64,000 nucleotides of DNA from a virus. Its lineage: Duplodnaviria; Caudoviricetes. The stretch spans positions 64,001 to 128,000 of IMG/VR virus record IMGVR_UViG_3300028805_002025; one strand, written 5' to 3'. A program made the position numbers and the translations under genes. Shown piece by piece: positions 47,162 through 57,469 of the stretch (position 1 is its first letter; every line of letters begins with the position of its first letter). The notes beneath the pieces are model-generated. The model was not told where the DNA came from and did no database searches. It saw only the letters and a program-made list of their open reading frames with translations.

Positions 47162-50100
47162 TCTATTTCCTCTTCTTTGATGTAGTTATTTTCATCCTCT
47201 ATAGGTGGCTCTATTCCTGGAATGTCGTCCTCTGCGTAAAGGTTGTACCAGTTGTTAGGGTCTTGTCTTCTCAGATACAGGTCTATCCTCCTGTTGATGT
47301 AGAAAGCACCGTTGGTGAATGGGTACTCTTCAAGCGTCTTGTCTGACGTGTTAAATCCATTGTTTAATATGTCTCTCCATATGAACCTACAAGTACCGTC
47401 TTTCAGAACCCTTGCATATGAAGGAACGTCCAGGTTGTCAATCTTGAACAACTTGTACCTTACAACATCGTCCTCATCGTATAGTTTATCACCGTCTATG
47501 TCAGTTGCAGGATTTCCGTCCTCATCCGCTATTGTACATGTGTATACCTTAGGGTTGTCACGTGTTCCTCTCACAGTAGTGCAGTAATAGTACTTATTAG
47601 TCACCTTGTCATAAATCATTGACTTGTCACCAGGTGAAATGAAGTGCTTCTCAAGGGTTGTTATCGTCGTTGTATTGTCATTGTTATTCACAAGTGACAT
47701 TATTGATAGGAAGTCTGGCATTATAGTTCTAAGCTTGTCGAAGCTCCTTATAGGTATCTGATAATGAGGGATATAGTAATATCCTTCCTTTTTGTTATTA
47801 CAATTCATGAAAGTGTCATTCTTTATTTTGAATATATTTCCAGTATCGTAATCGTCATACTCTATATCGTCATACAGGAATTCAGCAAACCTATCACTTC
47901 CAGTTTTAGATATGATTGATTCTCTTTGTGCTGTGTTTACCCTGTGAAGTATAGGCTGTATTACCCTCTCAATTGCGTTATAATTATCATAGTAACATAA
48001 GTCTCCATAATAGTTTATATCACTATCGAACCATATCTCCTCACTTCTGATTGGTACTTCTAAACTTCCGTCCCTATATGACCTTGTTCCATTTATGGCT
48101 TCTATGTCATAACCGAAGTCAGTACCCTCAACCAGGTTTATCTTCTTGATGTTATTGTTTCCTGGTTCACACGTACACTGGTCTGACATTTCCAATCCAC
48201 ATGTTATTCTACCGAAGCAATGGGAGTATTCAACAGCACTGCTATTGATATCTATATCCCTGTCATATCCATACCATTCCTTGTATCCCTTGTTGTTTTT
48301 CACTATCGTTACGAATAGTTCTGACAATGGTCTTCCAAGGTTGTCCTTGAGGTAAGATAAATCGATATCATCAGTGAATACTATCTCACCAACTTCATCG
48401 GTGTATATGTTCTTGGCAAAGGCAAGCCTGCTTACATGGCTCTCAAAGTCATACTCTGGTTGCTGGTATATCTGTATGAGGTTTCTAGTATCCTCGTCAC
48501 TTCTCTGCCTATATATCTCATACTCGTTTGAAGTGTCACCACTTGAGTACTTGAAGTTAGGAAGCCTTGAGAATATCCTCACGTAGTAATCACATTCTAT
48601 GTCGTTTACAACCTTCTTGTATGATATATGAAGAGCATCGTCATCAAAGTTGACATATGGTGTATCCGTATCCTCATTTACAATATAATATTTCCTTGTA
48701 TCTGCTGGGTCAGTATGTCTATAGAATTTCCTTGACTCATCCTTAATATATTCAACATTATTAACTGTGATGGTATTACCTTCCTTTTCCTCCTGTGTAA
48801 GCTGAACCCAGTTCCTACTTATTGTTACATCCTGGGTATATACAGTGAATATGAAGTCATCCACAACATTCTCAACCTCAGCATTGTCAAGTATCTTCAC
48901 ATTTATAGGATTACCCTCAGTATCAGCACTAAGCTTGTATATGTTGACGTAATCGCCCTGTGCTAGACCGTGTTTAGCCTTACTGTAAATTACGAGCATC
49001 TGAGTGCCGTTATCATTACGTCTTGTCTCGTCGTAATAGATAGCCTTCAATGACTTATCGAACTCGAATATATCGTCAAATCCTTCAGTTGTAGATGATG
49101 AAGGATATGTGATGCAGTAGTTCCAGTTCTTCTCAATCCTCTGTCTGAAGTGATTGAACTTAGGTACGAATGAATACAAGTCCCTTCCTGGGTACATGTC
49201 AACGAAGTCGCCACCGTTAAGATACATGATAGGTCTCTCTATATATAGGTCGTCACTCTTACTGAAGTTCTTATATGACTTTATCTTTGATGTGTTATAG
49301 AAGCCAAGCCATCCGTTGTAGGTGGAGACAAGTCTTTCCTCTATTGAATTTTTGAAGGTAAGAATATCGTCATACAGATAGGTATGAAGTGTTAAGAACT
49401 TTGTATGTCCATTTACTCCTGCTGTATTAGGGTAATATAGTTTCTCAATGACCCTGTATCCCCTAACGTCCCTCATGTAGTCAGCAATTGTGTTGAAAGC
49501 CTGGTATGCGTTATTTGCATTATAGTCATATGAATCTTCCAGCATCTTACAAACACATTTGAATGTGTTACTTCTTATGAGGTGATTATTAAGGATATCA
49601 AGACCACAATGATACACGAAATGATTATGTTTTTTATCATTTCTTGAAAGCTGTGTGTCCCTTATGGAGTTTGTAGGATGCCAAGGTGTTGTACCAGTCG
49701 TATTCACCAAATCAGAACTTCCAACAGCAGGTTGTGAAGCTATGTGTGCTCCAAGTCCACTAACCTTAGTATGCGGGTCAGTACCAGCTAGAAAATTGTC
49801 TATAGTCTGATAACTCATTGTGTTTCCAGACCAAAAATTGATAGTATTGTTCTTGTATACAACCTGTTCATTATCAAAAACATCTGACTTTCCAGTTATA
49901 CCATAGTTGACAAAGGTCACAGCACTGCTACCCTCATCCTTCACAATCTCACTTATTCTGTTGAAAAGGACATTTGAACAGACAGGGTTTACCTGGCATG
50001 TAAGCCTTATTTTGTTACACGCCCTCCTCTCGTCATTGTACACATCAAATGAACTGATGACCTCAGCCAGGTCGTTCAAGGGTAACAGTTTCCTATTACC

Positions 50101-50184
50101 CCTCAACGGCACGTTCAATTCACTGTCAGTGTTAACAGCACTCTTACTGTTGTATCCTTCAAGAAATATCTTATTCTCTTTCAT
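47155..50184 (-). CDS. Large putative structural protein
   Basis: 1009 aa; DNLGRPLSELF, YPFTNG...LRRQDP; in the baseplate operon. Confidence 0.65.
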   Translation of the reverse strand: MKENKIFLEGYNSKSAVNTDSELNVPLRGNRKLLPLNDLAEVISSFDVYNDERRACNKIRLTCQVNPVCSNVLFNRISEIVKDEGSSAVTFVNYGITGKSDVFDNEQVVYKNNTINFWSGNTMSYQTIDNFLAGTDPHTKVSGLGAHIASQPAVGSSDLVNTTGTTPWHPTNSIRDTQLSRNDKKHNHFVYHCGLDILNNHLIRSNTFKCVCKMLEDSYDYNANNAYQAFNTIADYMRDVRGYRVIEKLYYPNTAGVNGHTKFLTLHTYLYDDILTFKNSIEERLVSTYNGWLGFYNTSKIKSYKNFSKSDDLYIERPIMYLNGGDFVDMYPGRDLYSFVPKFNHFRQRIEKNWNYCITYPSSSTTEGFDDIFEFDKSLKAIYYDETRRNDNGTQMLVIYSKAKHGLAQGDYVNIYKLSADTEGNPINVKILDNAEVENVVDDFIFTVYTQDVTISRNWVQLTQEEKEGNTITVNNVEYIKDESRKFYRHTDPADTRKYYIVNEDTDTPYVNFDDDALHISYKKVVNDIECDYYVRIFSRLPNFKYSSGDTSNEYEIYRQRSDEDTRNLIQIYQQPEYDFESHVSRLAFAKNIYTDEVGEIVFTDDIDLSYLKDNLGRPLSELFVTIVKNNKGYKEWYGYDRDIDINSSAVEYSHCFGRITCGLEMSDQCTCEPGNNNIKKINLVEGTDFGYDIEAINGTRSYRDGSLEVPIRSEEIWFDSDINYYGDLCYYDNYNAIERVIQPILHRVNTAQRESIISKTGSDRFAEFLYDDIEYDDYDTGNIFKIKNDTFMNCNNKKEGYYYIPHYQIPIRSFDKLRTIMPDFLSIMSLVNNNDNTTTITTLEKHFISPGDKSMIYDKVTNKYYYCTTVRGTRDNPKVYTCTIADEDGNPATDIDGDKLYDEDDVVRYKLFKIDNLDVPSYARVLKDGTCRFIWRDILNNGFNTSDKTLEEYPFTNGAFYINRRIDLYLRRQDPNNWYNLYAEDDIPGIEPPIEDENNYIKEEEIEC

Positions 50185-50186
50185 AG

Positions 50187-53100
50187 TTACATACTTGCGC
50201 TTGTATTTGCTTTTTCACCATTTTTCATTGTACTTGTCTTAGAAGTGGCATCATAATGCCCTCCACTATCGCCATCACTCTGGTCCATAAAATTGATTGC
50301 AAACGTATCTAGTTTGTATATAAAGCTACTTTGCGTCTTTGCATAAATAGTGCATTTACATTTACCTTTCCATTCGTCATCAGCAAGCACACCCATTCCG
50401 TTAGGCCATCTTACCATAAGGTGAACTTCTACATCAGTACCGTTGGCAGTAGTCCACGAACTAGTTGGCTGGACATCGAACAAATCTTTTTCATTTTCAA
50501 ATCTGAATGTATATCCAATCATTGAATAAGCAGCAAATGATTCTGATTCTCTCTTAGTAGGAGGTTGACCAGTTTCTAGTAACATATCAAATGTAATAAC
50601 CTGGATATGCACCTTGTTTTCACCACTTCCACTCTCAGTACCGCCAGAAGTTTCAACTGTAGTTTCGTACTTGTCTTCTTCTTCATTATATGTTGTCTCG
50701 GCACTAACAACATGTTCTACTGGTACTTTAACCTCTGTTGCTCCTATTACTTTACACTGAATGTATGTTTGAAGATTACTGATTTTCATAAGAACCTTTC
50801 TACTGTCATAGATTTCACCAAATTCTATACTCCTTAGACGACGCTTGAGTTTATCATCATCAATATACTCATATACTCTATCAACAAGTATACAGAACGC
50901 CATAATATTTTTTATGTTTATGTGTTCCCTTTGGAATTTGATATTTTCAAAATCATTACTGTCTGATGTAACCCAATCTTTTATGTTGTTGTTATAATAA
51001 AAAGGAGACGATATATTGTCACTAACTGAATTCTTATAATTCTTTTCGTGATAATCATCAAGGTTAAAACCAGATGGTAAGAATGTATCTTTTCCTCCAG
51101 AAGAGAACAAATCTATGAAGGTGTTACTATCTTTGAAGAACTTATATAGTAAAATGTTATCATCATCAATGATTCCATCAATAGTGCCTCTAGCAGCTAT
51201 TTCACCTGTTGGGGTCACGGTCTTTATGTAAGATATTCCATCATAATCGTTAATATATGGAAGAACCTTAATTACTCTTGGAACACTAGTATACACATCA
51301 AAGTCATCATTTTCCACCATATTGTATCTGAAATACAAATTAGCTTCCGATGCTTCGAACTTTCTGTATTTTTTTCCAGAGATTGTTTCTTCCGTAGTTC
51401 CAGAATATAGTACATTGCAGTAATCATTACTGTCATCATTTGGTGGTAGGAATTCCACTGGTTCTGTGAAGTCATTAAGGAATGACAAACCATCATCGCC
51501 AACAGCCTTACATGTAATTTCTCCGTTTTCCTCTACAACAGGTTTGATGTTGTATGAACAAGGTAATATGTCAAACTCGTAGGTTTCACTAGGAGTTATG
51601 TTACAGATATCTATCATCCTAACAGTAGGGTAATTTCCTTGTCTAGCAACGTTCTCCATGTTGAAATCTCCATTATATCCATTTGGAATAGAAGCGTGTC
51701 TGAAATCCATGTTGGTCTTTGGGTAATTGAATATATATGGAACACTACTAGTAATACTACAAGTAGAAGCTGCCTCAGATAATCTATCCTCATTAAATTG
51801 TGACCAGAAGAAGTTCCTTATATCAAATCCTCCAAAAGATGCAGTGTAATATCTTTTCACTATTTGTTCTTTTCCTGGTTCTGGTGTATCGCCCTCCCAT
51901 ATCATGTTTTGCTCAGTATTGTAATACGTGATAGCATCGCCATCAGTACCCCCACTTGGTATCACATATGAATATTCTAGTCTCTTATTCCTATCTGCTT
52001 TAGTTGCATATCCCTTGGTTATAATAACTTCACTACCTTCTATTGTCTCGGATGATGTTGGGAATGTTGTGTCTGCCGATATGATATTATAGTCCTTGTC
52101 GTAGGACATTTCAATACCATTGTATGTCCATCCACTTATACGTGCGGATTTCCAGATAGTTTCCCTACCATCAGCAATTGTAGCTGGTATTGGATTACCT
52201 TGGTCATCAAGCATAGGATTTCCATCTTTATCAGTCATAATACCTTCCGTTGTTGGATAAAGATTTATTGCCGTACCCATTACTGGTGCAAGTATAAGAA
52301 GGTCAAAATCAAATCTTCTATCAACAAACATTGACCTAAGATATGGCTGATAATTTCCTCTCTTCTCAAATGTATATGCAAAATGACCAAGCCTATTAAC
52401 CTCATCAGTTCCAATTACCTTTTCATTTGCACCCTCTCTAGGAGTTACCTTTGTGTAGTTAGGAATTTTCATTGCCTTTATGGAACTGTCAATAGCCGTA
52501 CTACTTGTATAACCACCATTCTGTGTAAATGCAGCAAAATAGTTACCAAGAACATCACACTCATTATACATGCAGTTAAAGTATGGCTCTTGTGGGTCAC
52601 TTGTATGCCCAGAATAGTTGTTTCCAACTATAAGAGGATAATCATCACGTCCAGTTGCCTTGTTGCTCTCACTTAACACATACCTTGATAAAAAATTTTT
52701 ACCATTATACTGAGGCACTACAGACCTGTACAGTATAGGGTTCACACCTCCACGAGTGGCATATGTGAATGGACTAGTTCCATCCACGACATATCCAGAC
52801 TTGGACAGACTAAACATGGAGTTGAACTTGAACTTCAATATGTTAGCCTTTGACTTATATGAAGTTATAGGTGTTTTCAAATCCACATAATCCAACCATA
52901 CATCAGTATTCCTCAATACTGTTGCAGAATCTGGCATATTGAACCTGTACGTAGTTTCCTGGTGTAGTCCATACCATCCAATAAGCCCAGAACCACGAGG
53001 TGTCCTCACAACTTCTGAACGATAGAAATTACTCTGGTTTGCTATTGTCGCAGCACTACTATCGCTAACACTACCAAGCATGAACTTAACTGGCATGCCA

Positions 53101-56100
53101 CTAAGATATGCATTAAAGTTCTCACCATTGTTAACAGCAACAATCTCAGATGACGTGTTACCAGACAACTCCATGTTGTCACATATCTGAGTTATTGTTA
53201 ATGTAAAATTATTTGGTTGGTATACGAAAAATGTATTAGGATTCTTTGTTCCTTTATCATCTGCAAACCAGTATGTAGTAGGAGGGTCTGATGACGCAGC
53301 CTCTTCTATATAAACACCACCAGCAGCTCTCTGTGCTGTTGTTGCTGAATTTGTTTTATCACACAAACATTCCTTAACGAATCCAGGTCCTGGTGACTCT
53401 GAAACACCAAGCTTAATGACAGCGTATGCCGTAAGCTTGTTGTTTCCCTCTTCATCGCCACTGACATCATCAGTTTGACCAGTAAGCCATACTATGTACG
53501 AGTCACTTGTTCTGTCATAACCCTGTGCAAGCGAATCAGTTATGTAATACATGTATCCATCAACAACAAAGTCCGTTATCTTCAACTTTCCATAGAATTG
53601 TGTTTCATCAGTACAGATGTAGTCAATCCTGGTCGTTGCTGTTGAATAGAACCTCGTACCAAGCTGATGGGCCTCGTAATCAACTGCAATCTTAGGTATT
53701 GATAACTCAATCTTCTCACTAATGTGTCTTCCGTTAACATCAGTTACTGTTAATGTATAGGTCTGATTTGTAAGACCACTACTATCATCGCTTCCATTAC
53801 CATACATGTTATGAACAGGCGTTCCAGAATTACTTCCAACCTGGTAATATACCATACCCTCTGGGTTTGACTTAACATTACCATTATCATCGATATATCC
53901 ACCAATGATAAACCTACTTTCAGTCATACCAGTTTCTGAAATAACTTCCATTCCTGCTTCATCAAATAATGAGTACGAATATGGCATCTGAATATCATCA
54001 AGTACAACGTCTATGTATGCATATCCATCATAATTGGCGACATTCCCACCAGCATATGTTGAAGGACAATATGACCTACCCCTTGTTGAATAATCAAAGG
54101 TAAATGGCTTCTTATCATTTTGGAAACAAGGAGCATAGAACAATTTGTTGAACTTGTCAATAGCAGTACTACCCTTGTTTATACCGAAGTAGAAGAAGAA
54201 TGAGTTATTGTATAAAGGCATTTTGTAAACCCTGTCATTTTTCTTCGTAAAGTAGAAATGTCTTATTCTACGTTCCTCATTCTTGTCATACGTTAATCCG
54301 CTTTCAGCACCAAGTCTGAATGTCAGATATGCCTCATCTGTTTCATCAAATGATGCCTGGTTGAAATCGTAGCTGTAGTTCTCCATAATTGGACTCATTC
54401 TACCGTCGAAATCCACAGGGTATATATACTTGAACTTAGGTATAAGATAACCAGTGTGTTCATCCTGTACCTGCGTCGCATATGCACCTATCTTATCCTG
54501 GTAATCCTGCGGTATGAAGCCTATATGATTAAGCGTTGCGAACATTGCACGGGTTTCCATATCATCAAGTTCATACTTGGTGATAAATCCATCCGTGCTT
54601 ATCTTTCCATATTTAACATCGTTTCCTCCATTTGAATAAGCCATATTATGAGTCATATCAAGACCAACGCCAAGCTCACTAAGTCTCTCTACATTGATAC
54701 AAGACTTAGCCTTGGTATCAGCATATGTACATGACAAGTCCATGAATAAGCCCTCGCCATATAAAGGAGTCTGGCTAGCACCACTAGCACCCCAATCCAT
54801 ACCAGTTGTTATAACTGTACCAACATCAGTTGCATCATCTGTATCATTGCTAGGTGTCTTGTCGTCCTTATTGGTTGTATCCTCTTGCACTGTAGCAATG
54901 AGAGGTATGTTTGCCGTTGTTGATGGAAGGCCTTTATACAACTGAGGAATACCGTAGTAGTTATCCTCATTCAAGTTACCAAGCAGTATGATATCCGTAG
55001 CATACAGTCTTACCATGTAGAAGCGGTTAAACCTCTGCTTGATTGGCATCACATGCTCTCTCTTATCACTTGTATTTGCATGGAATGCTGTATAGTAATA
55101 AGCTGTAAGACCATCTTTATTCTCCACACCCTTTATAAGACCGTTTGTGAACCATATCCTAGATGTTCTTCTCTTATGCCATCTGTTCTCGTCGTAATCA
55201 ACGGAATCATCAGTGGTTTGTAAACTATTACCATCATACTCTATTTCACATGTAACGAATGTCTTCTGTCTGGTGTAATCCTTATCACAGTCACAGAACT
55301 CATTCTTTGCCCTTCTTACAAATAATCCGAACAGGAATGACTTCTTCTTTCTCTTTCTCCAGTACCACAAAGGCATATACAATACACCGTTAATCCAATC
55401 CTGGTAGAAGTCAAGCTTTACAATCTTAAAGTCACGGGCAAGATTTCTTTCAATTCTGTCCTTCAACTCCTTAGCATCATATCCACCCTTCTTAACACAG
55501 TCGTCTTCCATATCCTCTGGACAATCTGCTTCATTAAGTCCATTGCTACACCAACATCCTGGGAAGTAAGCTATGTTACCTTCCTCAAGACCCGCTGACA
55601 ATGCAATACAGCCTATTGGGTCTGGTATCCATCCAAAAAGGGCTTTGAATGGTCTAATACCAAAAATTTTTACATTTTTAATCTTCTGGAAGAACCCAAG
55701 AATAATATTAACACCACATATGAGTGTATTAATAACAGTAACAATCAATATGATGATTCTGAATATGATACACACCACAATATACATGAATGGGAGGTCG
55801 ATACGAAGTTTGTTGAATGGAACAGGATTCTGGTCTTCAACAAGGTTAGCTCCCTTCAATGCAGAGTAGTTAGGTGCATATGCCCTGTGAGCAACCTGTG
55901 TCTTAGGTATGAAATTCTTAACACTGTAAACATTATTCCAATAAAGGTCACGGAAACAGCTTTGAGGGGTATTAGAACCGAAGTTATACATCTTCTCCAT
56001 TTCCTCTCCTGTCTCCTCCTGCGTCATTGGAATCTCTGGATTCTTGGCTTTACTACCACCCTTCGCAGGTCCTTCATACAGTACAGGATTCATTGGAACA

Positions 56101-57212
56101 AGGTACTTTGCAGTGTGCTTTGATACACCCTCGTTACCAGTCTCTGTCTTGCTTATCCTAAACCTAACCTGTGTTCTGGTTGGAATACCAGTGGTAGGGT
56201 TATCGGTTGGTACAATATTACCATATTCGTCAGTTCCTATGTAATCAAGGTTCATAGGTATCTGGTAGCACCATACACCGTCGCTGTCGATTAGGGCATT
56301 ACCCTGTATTGGGTATTCCTCAACAAGGCCGTCTGTGGTCTTACGAATCATTTCAATTGTACCCTCTCCAGCAATGAGCTGTGCGTTCATACCGTTCTCC
56401 TCATTTGGAGCACACTTATGACCGATTGAGTTACCCTCATTATCAGATACAATAGAACCCATAAACACACAAGTTGGCTCGAACTTGTATGCTATCTGTA
56501 CATCACACCTGGTAATAGCTGCAACGCCATTCTCAGCGTCACCCCAGAATGGATATACATACACGCTCTTATCCTGTGAAAATATTTGTCTAAGGCTGTC
56601 AAAATTGGTGCTAGCCTTAAACTGGCTTGGACTGTCAAATTCTGACAAGTCATAGCCTCTATATGTAAAATCTCTTGGCTTCTGTGACAATATACCTATG
56701 TCAGACAGGTCAATGTCAACATGAACCGTCTGACTGCCAGTAGGTACACCGAATATCATATAGTCGCCAGCGTTGTTGGTAACTGTGGTGTATTTATAGT
56801 ATTTGTCATATACCGCAAGCTGTATATTGTCGTCAAGGAGATATCTCTTCTGTGGGAACGTACCTACCACCCTATAACAATCATCGTCGCTATAGTCTGG
56901 CAACAGGTTGTACCTTCTTCCCTCCTTGTCCTTGCTAGTTACCTCACTGTATGGGTAAATGTTCTCCATATCAACAGGGTCATTCTCGTCCCTCTCGATG
57001 AAAACGGAGATTTTTGCATTTGGAATACCAAACGCATCATTAGCAAGAACCCTTCCAATTATGACACCATAGTTGGAAGAGTGTAGTCTGTAGGTATCCT
57101 TTTGTCTTAACTTCAGTGACAGAATCTCCATGAAGTCGAAATCCTGTTTCAAGTTAACATTAAGAAGGGTATCCTTTATAATATTGGTATGTATTCTAAA
57201 ACTTTTTTCCAT
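50187..57212 (-). CDS. Very large virion protein with carboxypeptidase-regulatory-like N-domain, hydrophobic hairpin and SprB-like repeat
   Basis: 2341 aa; YGVIIGRVL...GIPNAKISV...TNNAGDYMIFGVPTG; long hydrophobic segment; PYSYSL...GLTNQTYTLTVTDVNG. Confidence 0.65.
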   Translation of the reverse strand: MEKSFRIHTNIIKDTLLNVNLKQDFDFMEILSLKLRQKDTYRLHSSNYGVIIGRVLANDAFGIPNAKISVFIERDENDPVDMENIYPYSEVTSKDKEGRRYNLLPDYSDDDCYRVVGTFPQKRYLLDDNIQLAVYDKYYKYTTVTNNAGDYMIFGVPTGSQTVHVDIDLSDIGILSQKPRDFTYRGYDLSEFDSPSQFKASTNFDSLRQIFSQDKSVYVYPFWGDAENGVAAITRCDVQIAYKFEPTCVFMGSIVSDNEGNSIGHKCAPNEENGMNAQLIAGEGTIEMIRKTTDGLVEEYPIQGNALIDSDGVWCYQIPMNLDYIGTDEYGNIVPTDNPTTGIPTRTQVRFRISKTETGNEGVSKHTAKYLVPMNPVLYEGPAKGGSKAKNPEIPMTQEETGEEMEKMYNFGSNTPQSCFRDLYWNNVYSVKNFIPKTQVAHRAYAPNYSALKGANLVEDQNPVPFNKLRIDLPFMYIVVCIIFRIIILIVTVINTLICGVNIILGFFQKIKNVKIFGIRPFKALFGWIPDPIGCIALSAGLEEGNIAYFPGCWCSNGLNEADCPEDMEDDCVKKGGYDAKELKDRIERNLARDFKIVKLDFYQDWINGVLYMPLWYWRKRKKKSFLFGLFVRRAKNEFCDCDKDYTRQKTFVTCEIEYDGNSLQTTDDSVDYDENRWHKRRTSRIWFTNGLIKGVENKDGLTAYYYTAFHANTSDKREHVMPIKQRFNRFYMVRLYATDIILLGNLNEDNYYGIPQLYKGLPSTTANIPLIATVQEDTTNKDDKTPSNDTDDATDVGTVITTGMDWGASGASQTPLYGEGLFMDLSCTYADTKAKSCINVERLSELGVGLDMTHNMAYSNGGNDVKYGKISTDGFITKYELDDMETRAMFATLNHIGFIPQDYQDKIGAYATQVQDEHTGYLIPKFKYIYPVDFDGRMSPIMENYSYDFNQASFDETDEAYLTFRLGAESGLTYDKNEERRIRHFYFTKKNDRVYKMPLYNNSFFFYFGINKGSTAIDKFNKLFYAPCFQNDKKPFTFDYSTRGRSYCPSTYAGGNVANYDGYAYIDVVLDDIQMPYSYSLFDEAGMEVISETGMTESRFIIGGYIDDNGNVKSNPEGMVYYQVGSNSGTPVHNMYGNGSDDSSGLTNQTYTLTVTDVNGRHISEKIELSIPKIAVDYEAHQLGTRFYSTATTRIDYICTDETQFYGKLKITDFVVDGYMYYITDSLAQGYDRTSDSYIVWLTGQTDDVSGDEEGNNKLTAYAVIKLGVSESPGPGFVKECLCDKTNSATTAQRAAGGVYIEEAASSDPPTTYWFADDKGTKNPNTFFVYQPNNFTLTITQICDNMELSGNTSSEIVAVNNGENFNAYLSGMPVKFMLGSVSDSSAATIANQSNFYRSEVVRTPRGSGLIGWYGLHQETTYRFNMPDSATVLRNTDVWLDYVDLKTPITSYKSKANILKFKFNSMFSLSKSGYVVDGTSPFTYATRGGVNPILYRSVVPQYNGKNFLSRYVLSESNKATGRDDYPLIVGNNYSGHTSDPQEPYFNCMYNECDVLGNYFAAFTQNGGYTSSTAIDSSIKAMKIPNYTKVTPREGANEKVIGTDEVNRLGHFAYTFEKRGNYQPYLRSMFVDRRFDFDLLILAPVMGTAINLYPTTEGIMTDKDGNPMLDDQGNPIPATIADGRETIWKSARISGWTYNGIEMSYDKDYNIISADTTFPTSSETIEGSEVIITKGYATKADRNKRLEYSYVIPSGGTDGDAITYYNTEQNMIWEGDTPEPGKEQIVKRYYTASFGGFDIRNFFWSQFNEDRLSEAASTCSITSSVPYIFNYPKTNMDFRHASIPNGYNGDFNMENVARQGNYPTVRMIDICNITPSETYEFDILPCSYNIKPVVEENGEITCKAVGDDGLSFLNDFTEPVEFLPPNDDSNDYCNVLYSGTTEETISGKKYRKFEASEANLYFRYNMVENDDFDVYTSVPRVIKVLPYINDYDGISYIKTVTPTGEIAARGTIDGIIDDDNILLYKFFKDSNTFIDLFSSGGKDTFLPSGFNLDDYHEKNYKNSVSDNISSPFYYNNNIKDWVTSDSNDFENIKFQREHINIKNIMAFCILVDRVYEYIDDDKLKRRLRSIEFGEIYDSRKVLMKISNLQTYIQCKVIGATEVKVPVEHVVSAETTYNEEEDKYETTVETSGGTESGSGENKVHIQVITFDMLLETGQPPTKRESESFAAYSMIGYTFRFENEKDLFDVQPTSSWTTANGTDVEVHLMVRWPNGMGVLADDEWKGKCKCTIYAKTQSSFIYKLDTFAINFMDQSDGDSGGHYDATSKTSTMKNGEKANTSASM

Positions 57213-57215
57213 AAA

Positions 57216-57452
57216 TTACTTGAGATATTTTCCTAGCCATTTTGGTAAAATCATAACCTTATCTTTCTTAAACAGTATGACGAAAATAACGTACAGAATC
57301 ATCAGTGGTGTTATAACCACCGCAAGACCTATAACTATAAGGGACATCACGAATTTCATCAAGTATCTGAACCCCTTATGAAGGATGGTCTCATCCTCCT
57401 TCACGCCATACTTATCCTCTATCTCAGCTTTTCTTTTGCAATTACATGCCAT
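57216..57452 (-). CDS. Small membrane protein with N-terminal MACNCK
   Basis: 78 aa; CxC at N-terminus, long hydrophobic helix. Confidence 0.65.
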   Translation of the reverse strand: MACNCKRKAEIEDKYGVKEDETILHKGFRYLMKFVMSLIVIGLAVVITPLMILYVIFVILFKKDKVMILPKWLGKYLK

Positions 57453-57469
57453 AACACTATATCTTTTCC

